Positions 31,612 through 41,734 of a stretch of DNA of 64,000 nucleotides are shown piece by piece (the first letter of the stretch is position 1; each line of letters begins with the position of its first letter). This DNA is from Myxococcota bacterium. GTDB taxonomy: Bacteria; Myxococcota_A; UBA796; UBA2385. Under the pieces are notes generated by a model. The model was not told the DNA's origin, ran no database searches, and worked only from the letters and a program-made list of their open reading frames with translations. A program made the translations under genes and the position numbers. The stretch spans positions 1 to 64,000 of the forward strand of contig JBIJDH010000013.1 of assembly GCA_044344255.1 (NCBI GenBank), read 5' to 3'.

Positions 31612-32619
31612 ATGACCCAACCTCACACCCAATACCAGGTCGCCGGCCTCGGGAATGCGCTCGTTGACGCGCTCGTCCGGATGGACGATCGGGCCTTGCT
31701 CGCCGCGCGCAACATCCATCGCGGCCGCATGACCCCGGTGAGCCACACGACCTGGCAGGAGGTCTTCCAAGAGGTCCAGCAGCACGGCGTCGAGATCCAG
31801 TCGGGCGGCTCTTGCGCGAACACCATCGCCACACTCGGCTTCCTCGGCGCGCGCAGCGTCTATTGCGGGCAGGTGGGCGACGACCAGCTCGGCCACCTCT
31901 ACGCCTCCCGCATGAAGGAGGCCTGCGGCGAGCACGCCCTGCTCTGGAGCCGCCGTCACCACACCGGCAAGTGTCTGTCGATCATCGACACCCAGGACGC
32001 CGAGCGGACGATGCTCACCGACCTCGGCGCCGCGGTGGCGATGGACGGGCTCGGCAACTTCGCGGATGTGCTGCAGCACGCCGATCTTTTCCACTCCGAG
32101 GGCTACCAGCTGCTCGGGCCGGACACCACCGAGCGGCTCCGGGAGGCCATCGCGGTGGCCAACCAGATGGAGATCCCGGTCTCCATCGACGCCTCGGACC
32201 CCTTCGTCATCGCCTCGGCCCGCGACACCTTCTGGGAGCTCCTCGAAGAATTCGTCGACATCGTCTTCCTCAACGCCGAAGAGGCGGAGCTGCTCTGCGG
32301 CTGCCCGCCCGAGACCGCGCTCACGCGGGTCGGCGAGGTGGTGGAGACCGTAGTGGTCAAGCTCGGCGCCCAGGGCTCGCTCGTCTCCCACAAGGGCGTG
32401 GTCTGTCGCGTGCCTGCGCGCCCCGTCCAGGCCATCGACACCACCGGGGCCGGTGACGCCTACGCGGGCGGCTTCCTCTACGGCTACGTCAACGGCTGGG
32501 AGCCGGCCCGCAGCGCTGATCTCGGCGCCCGGGTCGCCGCGTTGACCGTGTCGCAGATGGGCGCCGTGGTCCGCAACCGCACCTTGCTCGGCCAGACCAT
32601 CGCCGCCGCCCGCCTCTGA
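31612..32619 (+). CDS. PfkB family (adenosine-kinase-like) kinase
   Basis: GNALVD, GGSCANT, DAERTM.T.LGA, FLNAEEA, DTTGAGDAYAGGF. Confidence 0.92.
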   Translation: MTQPHTQYQVAGLGNALVDALVRMDDRALLAARNIHRGRMTPVSHTTWQEVFQEVQQHGVEIQSGGSCANTIATLGFLGARSVYCGQVGDDQLGHLYASRMKEACGEHALLWSRRHHTGKCLSIIDTQDAERTMLTDLGAAVAMDGLGNFADVLQHADLFHSEGYQLLGPDTTERLREAIAVANQMEIPVSIDASDPFVIASARDTFWELLEEFVDIVFLNAEEAELLCGCPPETALTRVGEVVETVVVKLGAQGSLVSHKGVVCRVPARPVQAIDTTGAGDAYAGGFLYGYVNGWEPARSADLGARVAALTVSQMGAVVRNRTLLGQTIAAARL

Positions 32620-32674
32620 ATCCGCCCCACGCACGGCGCGGGCCCCGCCCCGACGCCTGGAGGAAGGCTCTCCG

Positions 32675-33487
32675 ATGAACCTGCCCGTCGAGGTTATCGA
32701 GGCCATCGCCGAGGGGCGCTGCATCCTCTTCGTGGGGAGCCGTTTTTCGAGTGAGGCCGCCGAGGAGCAGGGCCTGCCCTACCCCGACGACGCCGCCCTG
32801 GCCGCCGAGCTCGGCTGGCGGCGCCCGCGGCAGATGATGGGGGTGATGAAGACCCCGGGCACCGGAAAGGGCCCCGCCGTGCCCTCGGTGGCAGAGGGCT
32901 GCCAGCTCTACGAGGCCGCCGCCGGCCGGCCCGCGCTGCTCCGCCTGCTCGGAGAGCGCATCGGCGGTGTCGGGCTCCTCCCCACTCCAGCGCACCGGGA
33001 CGCCCTCCGCCGCTTCCCGCTGATCTTCACCACCAACCTCGATGGCCTCCTCGAGTCGGCCGCGCCGACCGTCGTGCGACGCCGAGGCGACCCCGTCCCC
33101 GACGCCCGCCCGCCGCTCGGCGGCACCCCGCTCGTCTACAAGCTGCGCGGAGACCTCGAGCATCCGACCGGCCTCGTGCTCAGCCGGGCCGACTGGCAGC
33201 GCCTGGCCCACCACCCCGACGACGCCCGCCGCATGCGCAGCCTGCTCCGCAGCTCCGTGGTCTTCTTCGTCGGCTACCGCCTCGACGATGAGGAATTCGA
33301 CCTCCTCTGGTCCGATCTCACGGCCTGCTTCGGCGGAGAGCTGCCGCGCTGCCACCTCGCGGTGTCTCAGGGGCGGATCGACGACTACCTGTGGCAGAAG
33401 TGGGTCTGGCGAGGCCTCCTGTTGTTCACCGCGGACCCCTCCGAGGTCATGGCGGAGCTCCGCCGAAGGGACAGCGCCGATGTCTGA
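32675..33487 (+). CDS. Stand-alone SIR2-like (SIR2_2) domain protein
   Basis: ILFVGS, IFTTNLDGLLE, VYKLRGD (normally KLHG), FFVGY..DD. Confidence 0.8.
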   Translation: MNLPVEVIEAIAEGRCILFVGSRFSSEAAEEQGLPYPDDAALAAELGWRRPRQMMGVMKTPGTGKGPAVPSVAEGCQLYEAAAGRPALLRLLGERIGGVGLLPTPAHRDALRRFPLIFTTNLDGLLESAAPTVVRRRGDPVPDARPPLGGTPLVYKLRGDLEHPTGLVLSRADWQRLAHHPDDARRMRSLLRSSVVFFVGYRLDDEEFDLLWSDLTACFGGELPRCHLAVSQGRIDDYLWQKWVWRGLLLFTADPSEVMAELRRRDSADV

Positions 33488-34316
33488 GACCGCCACCGAG
33501 CCTCGCCGCCTCCTCCGCTACCAGGACGCCCGCGGGGCCCCCCGCCTCGGCGAGCTCCGGGGCGAGCAGGTCCAGCCCCTCGAGGGGGACCTCTTCGGCG
33601 AGCTGCGGCCAATCGGCGCTCCCATCGCCCTCTCTGGCCTCCGCCTGCTGGCCCCCGTCCTGCCGGGCAAGGTCGTCGGGGTGGCCTCGAACTACCGCAA
33701 GCACGCCCTGGAGATGGGCAAGCCGGTGCCCGCGGTGCCGAAGATCTTCCTCAAGCCCTCCACCTCGGTGGTGGGCCCCGGGGCGCGGATCGAGCTGCCT
33801 CCCGGCACCTCCCGCGTCGATCACGAGGCCGAGCTCGGCGTGGTCATCGGCCGCACGATGCGGCGGGTGCCCGCGAGCGAGGCCCTCCGCTACGTGCTCG
33901 GCTACACCTGCTGCAACGACCTCACCGCGCGTGACCTCCAGAAGGAGGACGGCGTCTTCGCGCGGGCCAAGGGCTTCGACACCTTTTGTCCGATCGGCCC
34001 GGTCATCACGGTGGGCCTCGATCCGCGCGACCTCGCCGTGCGGGCCTGGGTCAACGGGGGGCTTCGACAGGATGACCGCACCGCCGACATGGTCTTTGAT
34101 GTGCCCACTCTGCTGGCCTTCATCTCCAACGTGATGACCCTCCTCCCCGGCGACATCATCGCCACCGGCACCCCCTCCGGCGTGGGGCCGCTGGTGCACG
34201 GTGACACCGTGGTCATCGAGGTCGAGGGCGTCGGTCGGCTCGAGAACCCCGTGGTCGACCGAGACGACCGCGCGGCCGAGGCCCGGTCGAGCGAGCCCAG
34301 GAGCGGCGGTGCCTGA
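33480..34316 (+). CDS. Fumarylacetoacetate hydrolase family protein
   Basis: NY..HA, FLKP, DHEAELGVVIG, NDLTARD, KGFDTFCPIGP, GDIIATGTPSGVG. Confidence 0.95.
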   Translation: MSETATEPRRLLRYQDARGAPRLGELRGEQVQPLEGDLFGELRPIGAPIALSGLRLLAPVLPGKVVGVASNYRKHALEMGKPVPAVPKIFLKPSTSVVGPGARIELPPGTSRVDHEAELGVVIGRTMRRVPASEALRYVLGYTCCNDLTARDLQKEDGVFARAKGFDTFCPIGPVITVGLDPRDLAVRAWVNGGLRQDDRTADMVFDVPTLLAFISNVMTLLPGDIIATGTPSGVGPLVHGDTVVIEVEGVGRLENPVVDRDDRAAEARSSEPRSGGA

Positions 34317-35388
34317 GATCGGCTGGAACGCGCTGATCTTCGGCTCCCTCGCCATCCTGACCGGCCTGCTCGGGTCCAGCGGGCGGCTGCGGGGGCGTTG
34401 GGCGGCGCTGCCCTTCCTCGCCGCGCTGGCCATCGCCGGGTACCGGCGTGTGCTGCTGCCCGCCGATCTCCCCGTCCTCCCCGCGCTGGCGGGCCACGGG
34501 CTGGACAGCCTCGCCCTCGTCGGCTGGCTGGCCTACTCCGCCCTCGGGGTCCGCCTCGCCCTGCCCGGGCCGACCTGGCTGGTCGCCTTCCTGAGCGGCG
34601 GCCTGCAAGGCGGCCTCGGCGCCGCCACGGTCCTCCGCGAAGAGGCGGTTGATCGGCCCGCGGCCGCCCGCCTCATCCTCGCCGCTGGAGCGGGCGCCCT
34701 GCTCGGCCGCGTCGGCAACCCCGCGCTGCTGCTGCTGGGGGATCGGGATCCCCGCCTCGCGATCTTGCTGCTCCCCCTGTCCTTGGCCCTGCTGCTCGCG
34801 GCGGGGGTCCGCGCCGGAGACCGCCGCGGCGCGCCGGGCTCGCGGGCCGCCACCGGCATCGCCCTGGCGACCACCGCCCTCGCCTTGGCGCCCGGGGTGG
34901 GGATCTTCGCACCCTGGCTCGGCGCATTCGGCCTCGCGCTCCTCCGCTGGACGCGGCGTGGCGCTCCGCCCGAGGCGGCGCTTTCCCCCGCGGTGGCCGC
35001 ATCGACCTTCGGCTGGGGCCTCGGCGCCCTCGGCGTGGCCCTCGTGGCCACCATCGCCGGCTTCCCCGGACTCGCGGCCGCCGGGATGATCAACCTCTTC
35101 GACGCTTGGGACCAAGGCCTCTTGCCCCGCCTCGCGGTCGGCGGCGGGGTGGTCGGGCTGCTCTTCGGGGCGCCGGGCGGCGCGCTGCTCTCCGCCGCGC
35201 TGGTCGACCGGTCCTTGGAGATCGACGTCCTGCCCGCGGCGGTGGCCCTCGGGGCCGGCCTCGGCGTGGGCTCGGTCGCCGAGCTGCTCGCCGCCCGCTG
35301 CCTCCGCCCCGCCCTGCCGCGCCTGCTCTGGAAGGCGGCGATCTTCGCGGCCTGGGCGATCTGGGCGTTGCCCCGGATAGCCGCATAG
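34309..35388 (+). CDS. Integral membrane protein, possibly ArsB/NhaD (IT superfamily)-like permease
   Basis: Very hydrophobic; GRVGNPALL resembles the IT-family xGNP hairpin; GTG start overlaps the upstream gene. Confidence 0.5.
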   Translation: MPEIGWNALIFGSLAILTGLLGSSGRLRGRWAALPFLAALAIAGYRRVLLPADLPVLPALAGHGLDSLALVGWLAYSALGVRLALPGPTWLVAFLSGGLQGGLGAATVLREEAVDRPAAARLILAAGAGALLGRVGNPALLLLGDRDPRLAILLLPLSLALLLAAGVRAGDRRGAPGSRAATGIALATTALALAPGVGIFAPWLGAFGLALLRWTRRGAPPEAALSPAVAASTFGWGLGALGVALVATIAGFPGLAAAGMINLFDAWDQGLLPRLAVGGGVVGLLFGAPGGALLSAALVDRSLEIDVLPAAVALGAGLGVGSVAELLAARCLRPALPRLLWKAAIFAAWAIWALPRIAA

Positions 35389-35413
35389 GCCTCGGCACCC
35401 TGGAGGTCCCCCG

Positions 35414-37153
35414 ATGCCCGCTCTCCCACCCGTGCACCCGCCCGCGCGCCGCCGGCCTCGCCCGGCCCGCCTCGGCCTCAGCTCTCTCCCCTTCGGTCTG
35501 CTCCCCCTCGGCCTGCTCGCCATCGGCCTGGTGGCCGCCGCGCCCCCCTCGGAGCGAGCCCGGGGCGGCATGGTGGCCGCCGATGAGCGCCAGTGCAGCG
35601 CGGCCGGCGCCGAGCTGCTGTCCGCAGGCGGGAACGCGGTGGACGCCGCTATCGCCGCCGCCCTGGCCTGCGGCGTCACCCAGCCCTCGAGCAGCGGCCT
35701 CGGCGGCGGGGGCTTCGCCGTGGTGCTCCCCAGCGCAGGTGATCCCCTCGTGCTCGACTTTCGCGAGGTGGCGCCCGCCGCGGCCACCCGCGACATGTTC
35801 CTCCGCGCCGAAGATCCGAAGGCCAGCACCCGGGGAGGCCTCGCCGTCGCCGTGCCGTCCGAGGGGATCGGGCTCGCCACCCTCCACCGGCGCGCCGGCA
35901 AGCTGCCCCTCACCCGGGTGGCCGCGCCGGCCATCCGCCTCGCCCGAGAGGGCTTCTCGGTGGGCTGGCACCTCGCCCGCTCCCTCACCACCCTGAGCGC
36001 CAGCGAGGCCGAGGGGCCCTCGCTGCTCCGCGCCTTGCTCGGCGTCCCCGCGGTGCGCCAGGGTGACCTCGTGCGCCGCCCCGCCCTCGCCCGCAGCCTC
36101 GAGCGCTTCGCCCGCACCGGCGGGGAGGACAACCGCACGGGGGAGACCGCGAAGGCCCTGGTCGCCGCCGACCGCGCCGCCGGCGGGATCCTCACCGAGG
36201 CTGACCTCGCCGCGTACACGCCGAAGGAGCGCCCCCCGCTGGTCGGCCGCTACCGCGGGTGGACGGTCGTGAGCATGCCGCCGCCCTCCTCCGGAGGCGC
36301 CGTGCTGCTGCAGATCCTCGCCGTGCTGGAGGGCTACGACCTGCGGGCGATGGGGGCGGGCAGCAGCGAGCTCCTCCACCTCCAGGCCGAGGCGATGAAG
36401 CACGCCTACGCGGATCGGGCCCGCCTGATGGGAGATCCCGACCGCGTGGCGGTGCCCGTCTCCGAGCTCCTCTCGCCGGCGCGGATCCTCGCGGTGCAGC
36501 GAGCGATCATCCCCGGTCGGACCTTCCCGCCGGAGCGCTACGGCTCCGGTGTCGCCCTGCCCGACGACCACGGCACCCAGCACATCAGCGTCATCGACGG
36601 GGAGGGGCTGGCCGTCGCGCTCACCACCACGGTGAACACGAGCTTCGGGAGCAAGGTCATCGACGAGAAGTCGGGGATCGTGCTCAACAACGAGATGGAC
36701 GACTTCGTCGCGCGCCCCGGGGTGCCTAACGCCTTCGGCCTCGTGGGTTCGGAGGCGAACTCGGTCGCCGCTGGCGCCCGCCCCCTCTCGAGCATGAGCC
36801 CCACCGTCCTCGTCTCTCCCGATGGGCAGCGACGGATCGCCGTCGGGGCCAGCGGCGGGCCCTTCATCATCAGCTCCACGCTCCAGGCCATCGTCCACGT
36901 CATCGACTTCGGGATGGACCCCTCCGCCGCGGTCTCCGCCCCCCGCATCCACCATCAGTGGACCCCCGACACGCTGACAGTAGACACGGGCTTCTCCGCC
37001 GACACACTGCAGAACCTCCGCGCCCGCGGGCACAAGATCCAGGAGATGCCCTTCTTCTCCGCGGTCGAGCTCGTCTCCTGGACGAAGGGGGAGGGGACGG
37101 AGGGCGCCAGCGACCCCCGCAAGGGAGGCTGGCCCGCCGGCTCCCTCCGCTGA
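35414..37153 (+). CDS. ggt: Gamma-glutamyltransferase
   Basis: GGNAVDAA, GLGGGGF, DFRE.AP, PPPSSGG, TQHIS nucleophile, LNNEMDDF, RPLSSM.P, PRIHHQW. Confidence 0.96.
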   Translation: MPALPPVHPPARRRPRPARLGLSSLPFGLLPLGLLAIGLVAAAPPSERARGGMVAADERQCSAAGAELLSAGGNAVDAAIAAALACGVTQPSSSGLGGGGFAVVLPSAGDPLVLDFREVAPAAATRDMFLRAEDPKASTRGGLAVAVPSEGIGLATLHRRAGKLPLTRVAAPAIRLAREGFSVGWHLARSLTTLSASEAEGPSLLRALLGVPAVRQGDLVRRPALARSLERFARTGGEDNRTGETAKALVAADRAAGGILTEADLAAYTPKERPPLVGRYRGWTVVSMPPPSSGGAVLLQILAVLEGYDLRAMGAGSSELLHLQAEAMKHAYADRARLMGDPDRVAVPVSELLSPARILAVQRAIIPGRTFPPERYGSGVALPDDHGTQHISVIDGEGLAVALTTTVNTSFGSKVIDEKSGIVLNNEMDDFVARPGVPNAFGLVGSEANSVAAGARPLSSMSPTVLVSPDGQRRIAVGASGGPFIISSTLQAIVHVIDFGMDPSAAVSAPRIHHQWTPDTLTVDTGFSADTLQNLRARGHKIQEMPFFSAVELVSWTKGEGTEGASDPRKGGWPAGSLR

Positions 37154-37248
37154 GCGCCGCGGACGCGCCTTGGCCCGGCGAGGGGCCGCGGGGTATCGTG
37201 GAGCCCCCTGGCCGCTCCCCGAGGAGCGGGCCCAGGACCGGGAGCCCG

Positions 37249-38595
37249 ATGTTCCGACGCATCCTCGTGGCCAACCGCGGTGAGGTCGCCGCCCGCGTGA
37301 TCCGGACCTGCCGCCGCCTCGGCGTCCAGACGGTCGCGGTGGCGAGCGAGGTCGACCTCGACCTCTCCTACCTGCGCCTCGCCGACACCGTCGTGCCCAT
37401 CGGCGGCAACAAGGCCTACCTCGACCAGGACGCGCTCCTCGCCGCCGCCCGCGCCGAGCGCTGCTCCGCCTTACACCCCGGCTGGGGCTTCCTCTCCGAG
37501 AACGCCACCTTCGCGGCCCGCTGCGAGTCTGCCGGGGTCACGTTCATCGGGCCGAGCCCCCGCTCGATGCGGCTGATGGGCGACAAGGCCGAGGCCCGGG
37601 CCACCATGACCCGCGCCGGCCTGCCGCCGATCCCCGGCACCGACGGCGTCCTGCCTGACCTCGACGCCGCGACCCTCGCCGCCGCCCAGATCGGCTACCC
37701 CGTGCTCTTGAAGGCCCTGGCCGGCGGCGGCGGGCGGGGGATGCGCAAGGCCTTCCGCCCCGACCAGCTCGCCGCGGCCTGGGCCGAGGCCACCGCCGAG
37801 GCGTCGGGGGCCTTCGGCGACGGTCGGCTCTACATGGAGCGCCTCATTGAGGCCGGCCGCCACATCGAGCTGCAGGTCTTCGGCGATGGCCAGCGCACCT
37901 GGGTCCTCGGCGAGCGGGAGTGCTCCGTCCAGCGCCGCCACCAGAAGCTGATCGAGGAGAGCCCCGCCCCCGGCCTCTCACGATCTCGGGTGGAGGCCAC
38001 CGCCGCGCGGGTCATCGCGGCCACGCAGGCCCTCGGCTACCGCGGCGCCGGCACCATCGAGATGCTGCTCGACGAGCAGGAGAACCTCTGGTTCATGGAG
38101 ATGAACACTCGCCTGCAGGTGGAGCACACCGTCACCGAGATGGTGACCGGCCTCGACCTCGTCGAGCTCCAGCTCCAGGTGGCAGCCAACGTGCCCTTGC
38201 GCCTCGACGCCCCGGGGTCGAGCTTCCAGCCCCGCGGCCACGCCATCGAGTGCCGTATCAACGCCGAGGACCCTCGGGCCGGCTTCAAGCCGGCGCCGGG
38301 GCGGGTGAGCGTCTATCGGCCGCCAGCAGGGGAGGGGATCCGCGTAGACAGTCACCTCTCGGAGGGTGACCGCATCTCTCCGCACTACGACTCCATGATC
38401 GCCAAGGTCATCACCTGGGGCGCGGACCGCCCGGCCGCCCTCCAGCGGATGCGGGAGGCGCTCCAGGCCTTCGTCATCGAGGGGGTGCCCACCACCACGG
38501 CCCTCCATCTCGCCGTCCTCGACCACCCGGAATTCATCGCGGGGGCCTACGACACCCGCTTCCTCGAGCGCGCGCTCGGAGGTCTGCTGCCATGA
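37249..38595 (+). CDS. Biotin carboxylase subunit (no BCCP domain)
   Basis: [61 protein letters not shown]. Confidence 0.95.
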   Translation: MFRRILVANRGEVAARVIRTCRRLGVQTVAVASEVDLDLSYLRLADTVVPIGGNKAYLDQDALLAAARAERCSALHPGWGFLSENATFAARCESAGVTFIGPSPRSMRLMGDKAEARATMTRAGLPPIPGTDGVLPDLDAATLAAAQIGYPVLLKALAGGGGRGMRKAFRPDQLAAAWAEATAEASGAFGDGRLYMERLIEAGRHIELQVFGDGQRTWVLGERECSVQRRHQKLIEESPAPGLSRSRVEATAARVIAATQALGYRGAGTIEMLLDEQENLWFMEMNTRLQVEHTVTEMVTGLDLVELQLQVAANVPLRLDAPGSSFQPRGHAIECRINAEDPRAGFKPAPGRVSVYRPPAGEGIRVDSHLSEGDRISPHYDSMIAKVITWGADRPAALQRMREALQAFVIEGVPTTTALHLAVLDHPEFIAGAYDTRFLERALGGLLP

Positions 38596-40616
38596 GGCTC
38601 CCCCTCGAACTCATCGGCGGTCCCCTCCCGCTCACCCGAGCGGAGCAGGCCGACAACGGCGCCCACAGCGGTCGCCTCCAAGCCGCCCTCGACGAGAAGC
38701 GCGCCCTCGTCGAGGCGGGCTGGGGGGCAGAGAAGATCCACAAGAAGGGCAAGCGCACCACCTGGGAGCGCATCCACCGCCTCGTCGATCCCGGGAGCCC
38801 CGTCCGCTCTGTCGGCACCCTCGTCAACTGGGGCCGCGACTTCGCCGGCTCCCAGAAGCAGGCCCCTGGGGCGGGGGTGGTCACGGCCTTCGGGAGGGTC
38901 CACGGGCGGTGGGTGATGATCATCGCCAACGACAACACCGTCGCCAGCGGGGCCTGGTGGCCGCTCACCCCGGAGAAGATCCAGCGGGCCCAGGAGATGG
39001 CGCTGCGGCTGCGGCTGCCGGTGGTCTACCTCGTCGACTGCTCCGGCCTCTTCCTCCCCGAGCAGGCGCGCTCCTTCCCGGGGCGGACGGGCGCCGGCCA
39101 CATCTTTAAGAAGAACGCCCAGCTCTCGGCGGCGGGCGTACCGCAGGTGGCTGGGGTCTTCGGCGACTGCATCGCGGGCGGCGGCTACATGCCGCTGATC
39201 AGCGACCGGGTCTACATGACCGAGGCCGCCTACATGGTCATCGCAGGGGCGGCCCTGATCAAGGGGGCGAAGTCGCTCCACCTGACCAGCCTCGACATCG
39301 GCGGGCCCGAGGTGCACGTCCACCAGAGCGGCTGCGCCGACGTGCGGGTTCCCGACGACGACACCTGCGTCGAGCACCTCCGGGCCGAGATCGGTCGCCT
39401 CCCCGGGAGCGCGGCCGACTACTACCGTTACGGCGTCGAGGCCGAGCCGCCCCTCTTCGCCCCGGGCGAGCTCAGCCGCCTCTTCCCCGCCGATCACCGC
39501 CACGTCTACGACGTGCGACAGGTCATCGCGCGCCTCGTCGACGGCTCGCTCTTCCACGAGGTGCTGCCTGGAGTCGGCCCCGAGGTGGTCACCGGCGTCG
39601 GCCGCGTGAACGGGCTCTGGATGGGCTTCGCCGCCAACGTGATGGAGCCCCAGCCCCACCCCGAGGGGAAGGGTCACCGGCCGGGCGGCATCCTCTACCG
39701 GGAGGGCATCGCCCGCCTCGCCGCCTTCTCCCGCGCCTGCAACGATGACGGCATCCCGCTCATCTGGCTCCAGGACATCGCGGGCTTCGACATCGGCGTC
39801 GAGGCCGAGGCGCTCGGCCTCCTGGGCTACGGCTCGAGCCTCATCTACGCGAACTCCACGAACTCGGTGCCGATGTTTACGGTGCTGCTGCGGAAGGCCT
39901 CGGGCGCGGGCTACTACGCGATGGCCGGCCACCCCTACGAGCCCGTGGTGCAGCTCTCCACCCCGCTCTCCCGGCAGTCGGTGATGGAGGGGCGCACGCT
40001 GGCGATCGCCACCTTCAACACCAAGCTCGACGACAATTTCAACATCCCCGCCGCCTGGCCCGAGGCCGACCGCCAGAAGCTCGCCGCCGATATGGACCGC
40101 ACCGCGGCCCGCATCGAGGCGGACATGGACCCCATCACCGCCGCCGCGCGGATGGACACCGACGAGGTGGTGGGCCTGCACGAGCTCCGCGGCTGGATGG
40201 AGACCTTCGCCGAGGCGGCCTGGCAGGGCATCGGCCATCGCCGGGTGAAGAACCCCCGCATCTGGAGCCTGCACGATCTCGCGGCGCTCACGCGCGGCAG
40301 GGTCCAGGCCTCGGCCGCCTCTGGCTCCGCCCCCGCGACGGCGGCCGGAGCCACGCCAGCGGAGGCGATCGAGCCCGGCGCGGTGCCGATCCTCGCCACG
40401 ATGGAGGGGAGCTGGTGGAGCCGGCCGAGCCCCCGTGATCCCGCCTTCGCCCCGGTGGGCGAGCGCGTCGATGAGGGCGCCACCGTCGCCCTCATCGAGG
40501 TCATGAAGACCTACAGCCCCATCCGCGCGCCGAAGGCAGGCACCCTGATCAGCTGGGTGGTGAGCGAGGGGCAGGGCATCCACCCGGGGCAGCTCCTCGG
40601 CTGGCTGCGGCCATGA
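38592..40616 (+). CDS. Acyl-CoA carboxyltransferase (MccB/PccB-like) fused to a C-terminal biotin carboxyl carrier domain
   Basis: [23 protein letters not shown] motifs; Ala/Pro linker; IEVMKT biotinylation motif. Confidence 0.9.
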   Translation: MRLPLELIGGPLPLTRAEQADNGAHSGRLQAALDEKRALVEAGWGAEKIHKKGKRTTWERIHRLVDPGSPVRSVGTLVNWGRDFAGSQKQAPGAGVVTAFGRVHGRWVMIIANDNTVASGAWWPLTPEKIQRAQEMALRLRLPVVYLVDCSGLFLPEQARSFPGRTGAGHIFKKNAQLSAAGVPQVAGVFGDCIAGGGYMPLISDRVYMTEAAYMVIAGAALIKGAKSLHLTSLDIGGPEVHVHQSGCADVRVPDDDTCVEHLRAEIGRLPGSAADYYRYGVEAEPPLFAPGELSRLFPADHRHVYDVRQVIARLVDGSLFHEVLPGVGPEVVTGVGRVNGLWMGFAANVMEPQPHPEGKGHRPGGILYREGIARLAAFSRACNDDGIPLIWLQDIAGFDIGVEAEALGLLGYGSSLIYANSTNSVPMFTVLLRKASGAGYYAMAGHPYEPVVQLSTPLSRQSVMEGRTLAIATFNTKLDDNFNIPAAWPEADRQKLAADMDRTAARIEADMDPITAAARMDTDEVVGLHELRGWMETFAEAAWQGIGHRRVKNPRIWSLHDLAALTRGRVQASAASGSAPATAAGATPAEAIEPGAVPILATMEGSWWSRPSPRDPAFAPVGERVDEGATVALIEVMKTYSPIRAPKAGTLISWVVSEGQGIHPGQLLGWLRP

Positions 40617-40666
40617 GGAACCGTGGTAGGCTACGCAGGCTGGACGAAGGCAGGGAAGAGCACAAC

Positions 40667-41734
40667 ATGACCCATCTCCCGACGCAGGTCTCCTCCCGTT
40701 CGGCCACCGTAAGCTTCGCGGCGACGGGCGGGGCTGCCCTCTTGCGGGCCGGGCTGCTCGGCCTCGCCCTGATCATCGCGGCGCCCCCCGAGGCCCACGC
40801 CCAGGCCGCGTGCACCACGAACTACACGAAGACGCAGCTCTCCGAGGACATCGGCCAGATGACCTCGTCGCTGCGCTCCCTCGATGAGCGCGCCTTCAAG
40901 CTGACCGGGCAGCGCATCGAGGCCAACCTCGCTTGCTTGCGCACCCCCGTCCCGCCGCTCGTCTTCGCGTACGCCTACCGCTACATCGGCGCCTACCACT
41001 TCCTCGCCGGGGACATCGATCTGGCGCGCCGCTGGTTCCGCTCCGGCATCGAGCTCGACCCCGCCTTCGACTGGGACGTGAGCGAGCTCGACGTCGGCCA
41101 CCCGCTGCGGCGAGCCTTCGACGAAGAGCGGAACGCAGGCGGCGCCAAGTCGGAGCTCGTGGCGGGCAAGATGCTCAACGTCGCCGCAGGCTCCAGCTTG
41201 AGCCTCGACGGGCGACCGCTGAAGAAGCCCTCGGCCACACCCGGTCGGCCGCACCTCGTGCAGGTCGTCGGGGACGACGACCAGTCCGTTCGGAAGACCT
41301 ACCTGATCGACGGCAACAACTTCCCCGCCGAGCTCCTCCAGGACGAGTCCATGGCGGCGGCGGTGCCGTCCGAAGAGAAGGGGAAGGGGAAGGGCAAGCC
41401 GAAGGGCGGCGGCACCAGCGTCACCAGCGCCAACCCGAACGACGCCTACGCGGTGCAGCAGGTGCAGCGGGTGCGCCCCAAGGCCAAGACCCCGATGCTC
41501 ATCTCCGGCGGGGTGGTCGCGCTCGGCGCCGGCGCCCTCTACGGGGTCACCTTCCTCACCCATCAGAAGTTCGAGGACGCCACCACCTCCGAGGACATGG
41601 AGCGCTACCGCAGCCTCACCAACACCCTGGTGATCGGCTCGGGGGCCACCCTCGCGGTGGGCCTCGGCGTGGAGTACGCCGGCATCATGCTCGGGGCTGG
41701 AGGGACGGGGTTCCGCCTTGGCGGCCACTTCTGA
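40667..41734 (+). CDS. Secreted hypothetical protein: helical domain + PEGA-like domain + C-terminal hydrophobic hairpin
   Basis: Signal peptide AHA-Q; TPR-like helices; LSLDGRPL; two Gly-rich hydrophobic segments; terminal Phe. Confidence 0.75.
   Translation: MTHLPTQVSSRSATVSFAATGGAALLRAGLLGLALIIAAPPEAHAQAACTTNYTKTQLSEDIGQMTSSLRSLDERAFKLTGQRIEANLACLRTPVPPLVFAYAYRYIGAYHFLAGDIDLARRWFRSGIELDPAFDWDVSELDVGHPLRRAFDEERNAGGAKSELVAGKMLNVAAGSSLSLDGRPLKKPSATPGRPHLVQVVGDDDQSVRKTYLIDGNNFPAELLQDESMAAAVPSEEKGKGKGKPKGGGTSVTSANPNDAYAVQQVQRVRPKAKTPMLISGGVVALGAGALYGVTFLTHQKFEDATTSEDMERYRSLTNTLVIGSGATLAVGLGVEYAGIMLGAGGTGFRLGGHF

Noticed and set aside
32675..33487. SIR2 gene as part of an anti-phage defence island
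   Set aside because: No partner (TIR, HerA, pAgo, STAND), host-like composition, metabolic neighbours and an altered catalytic His
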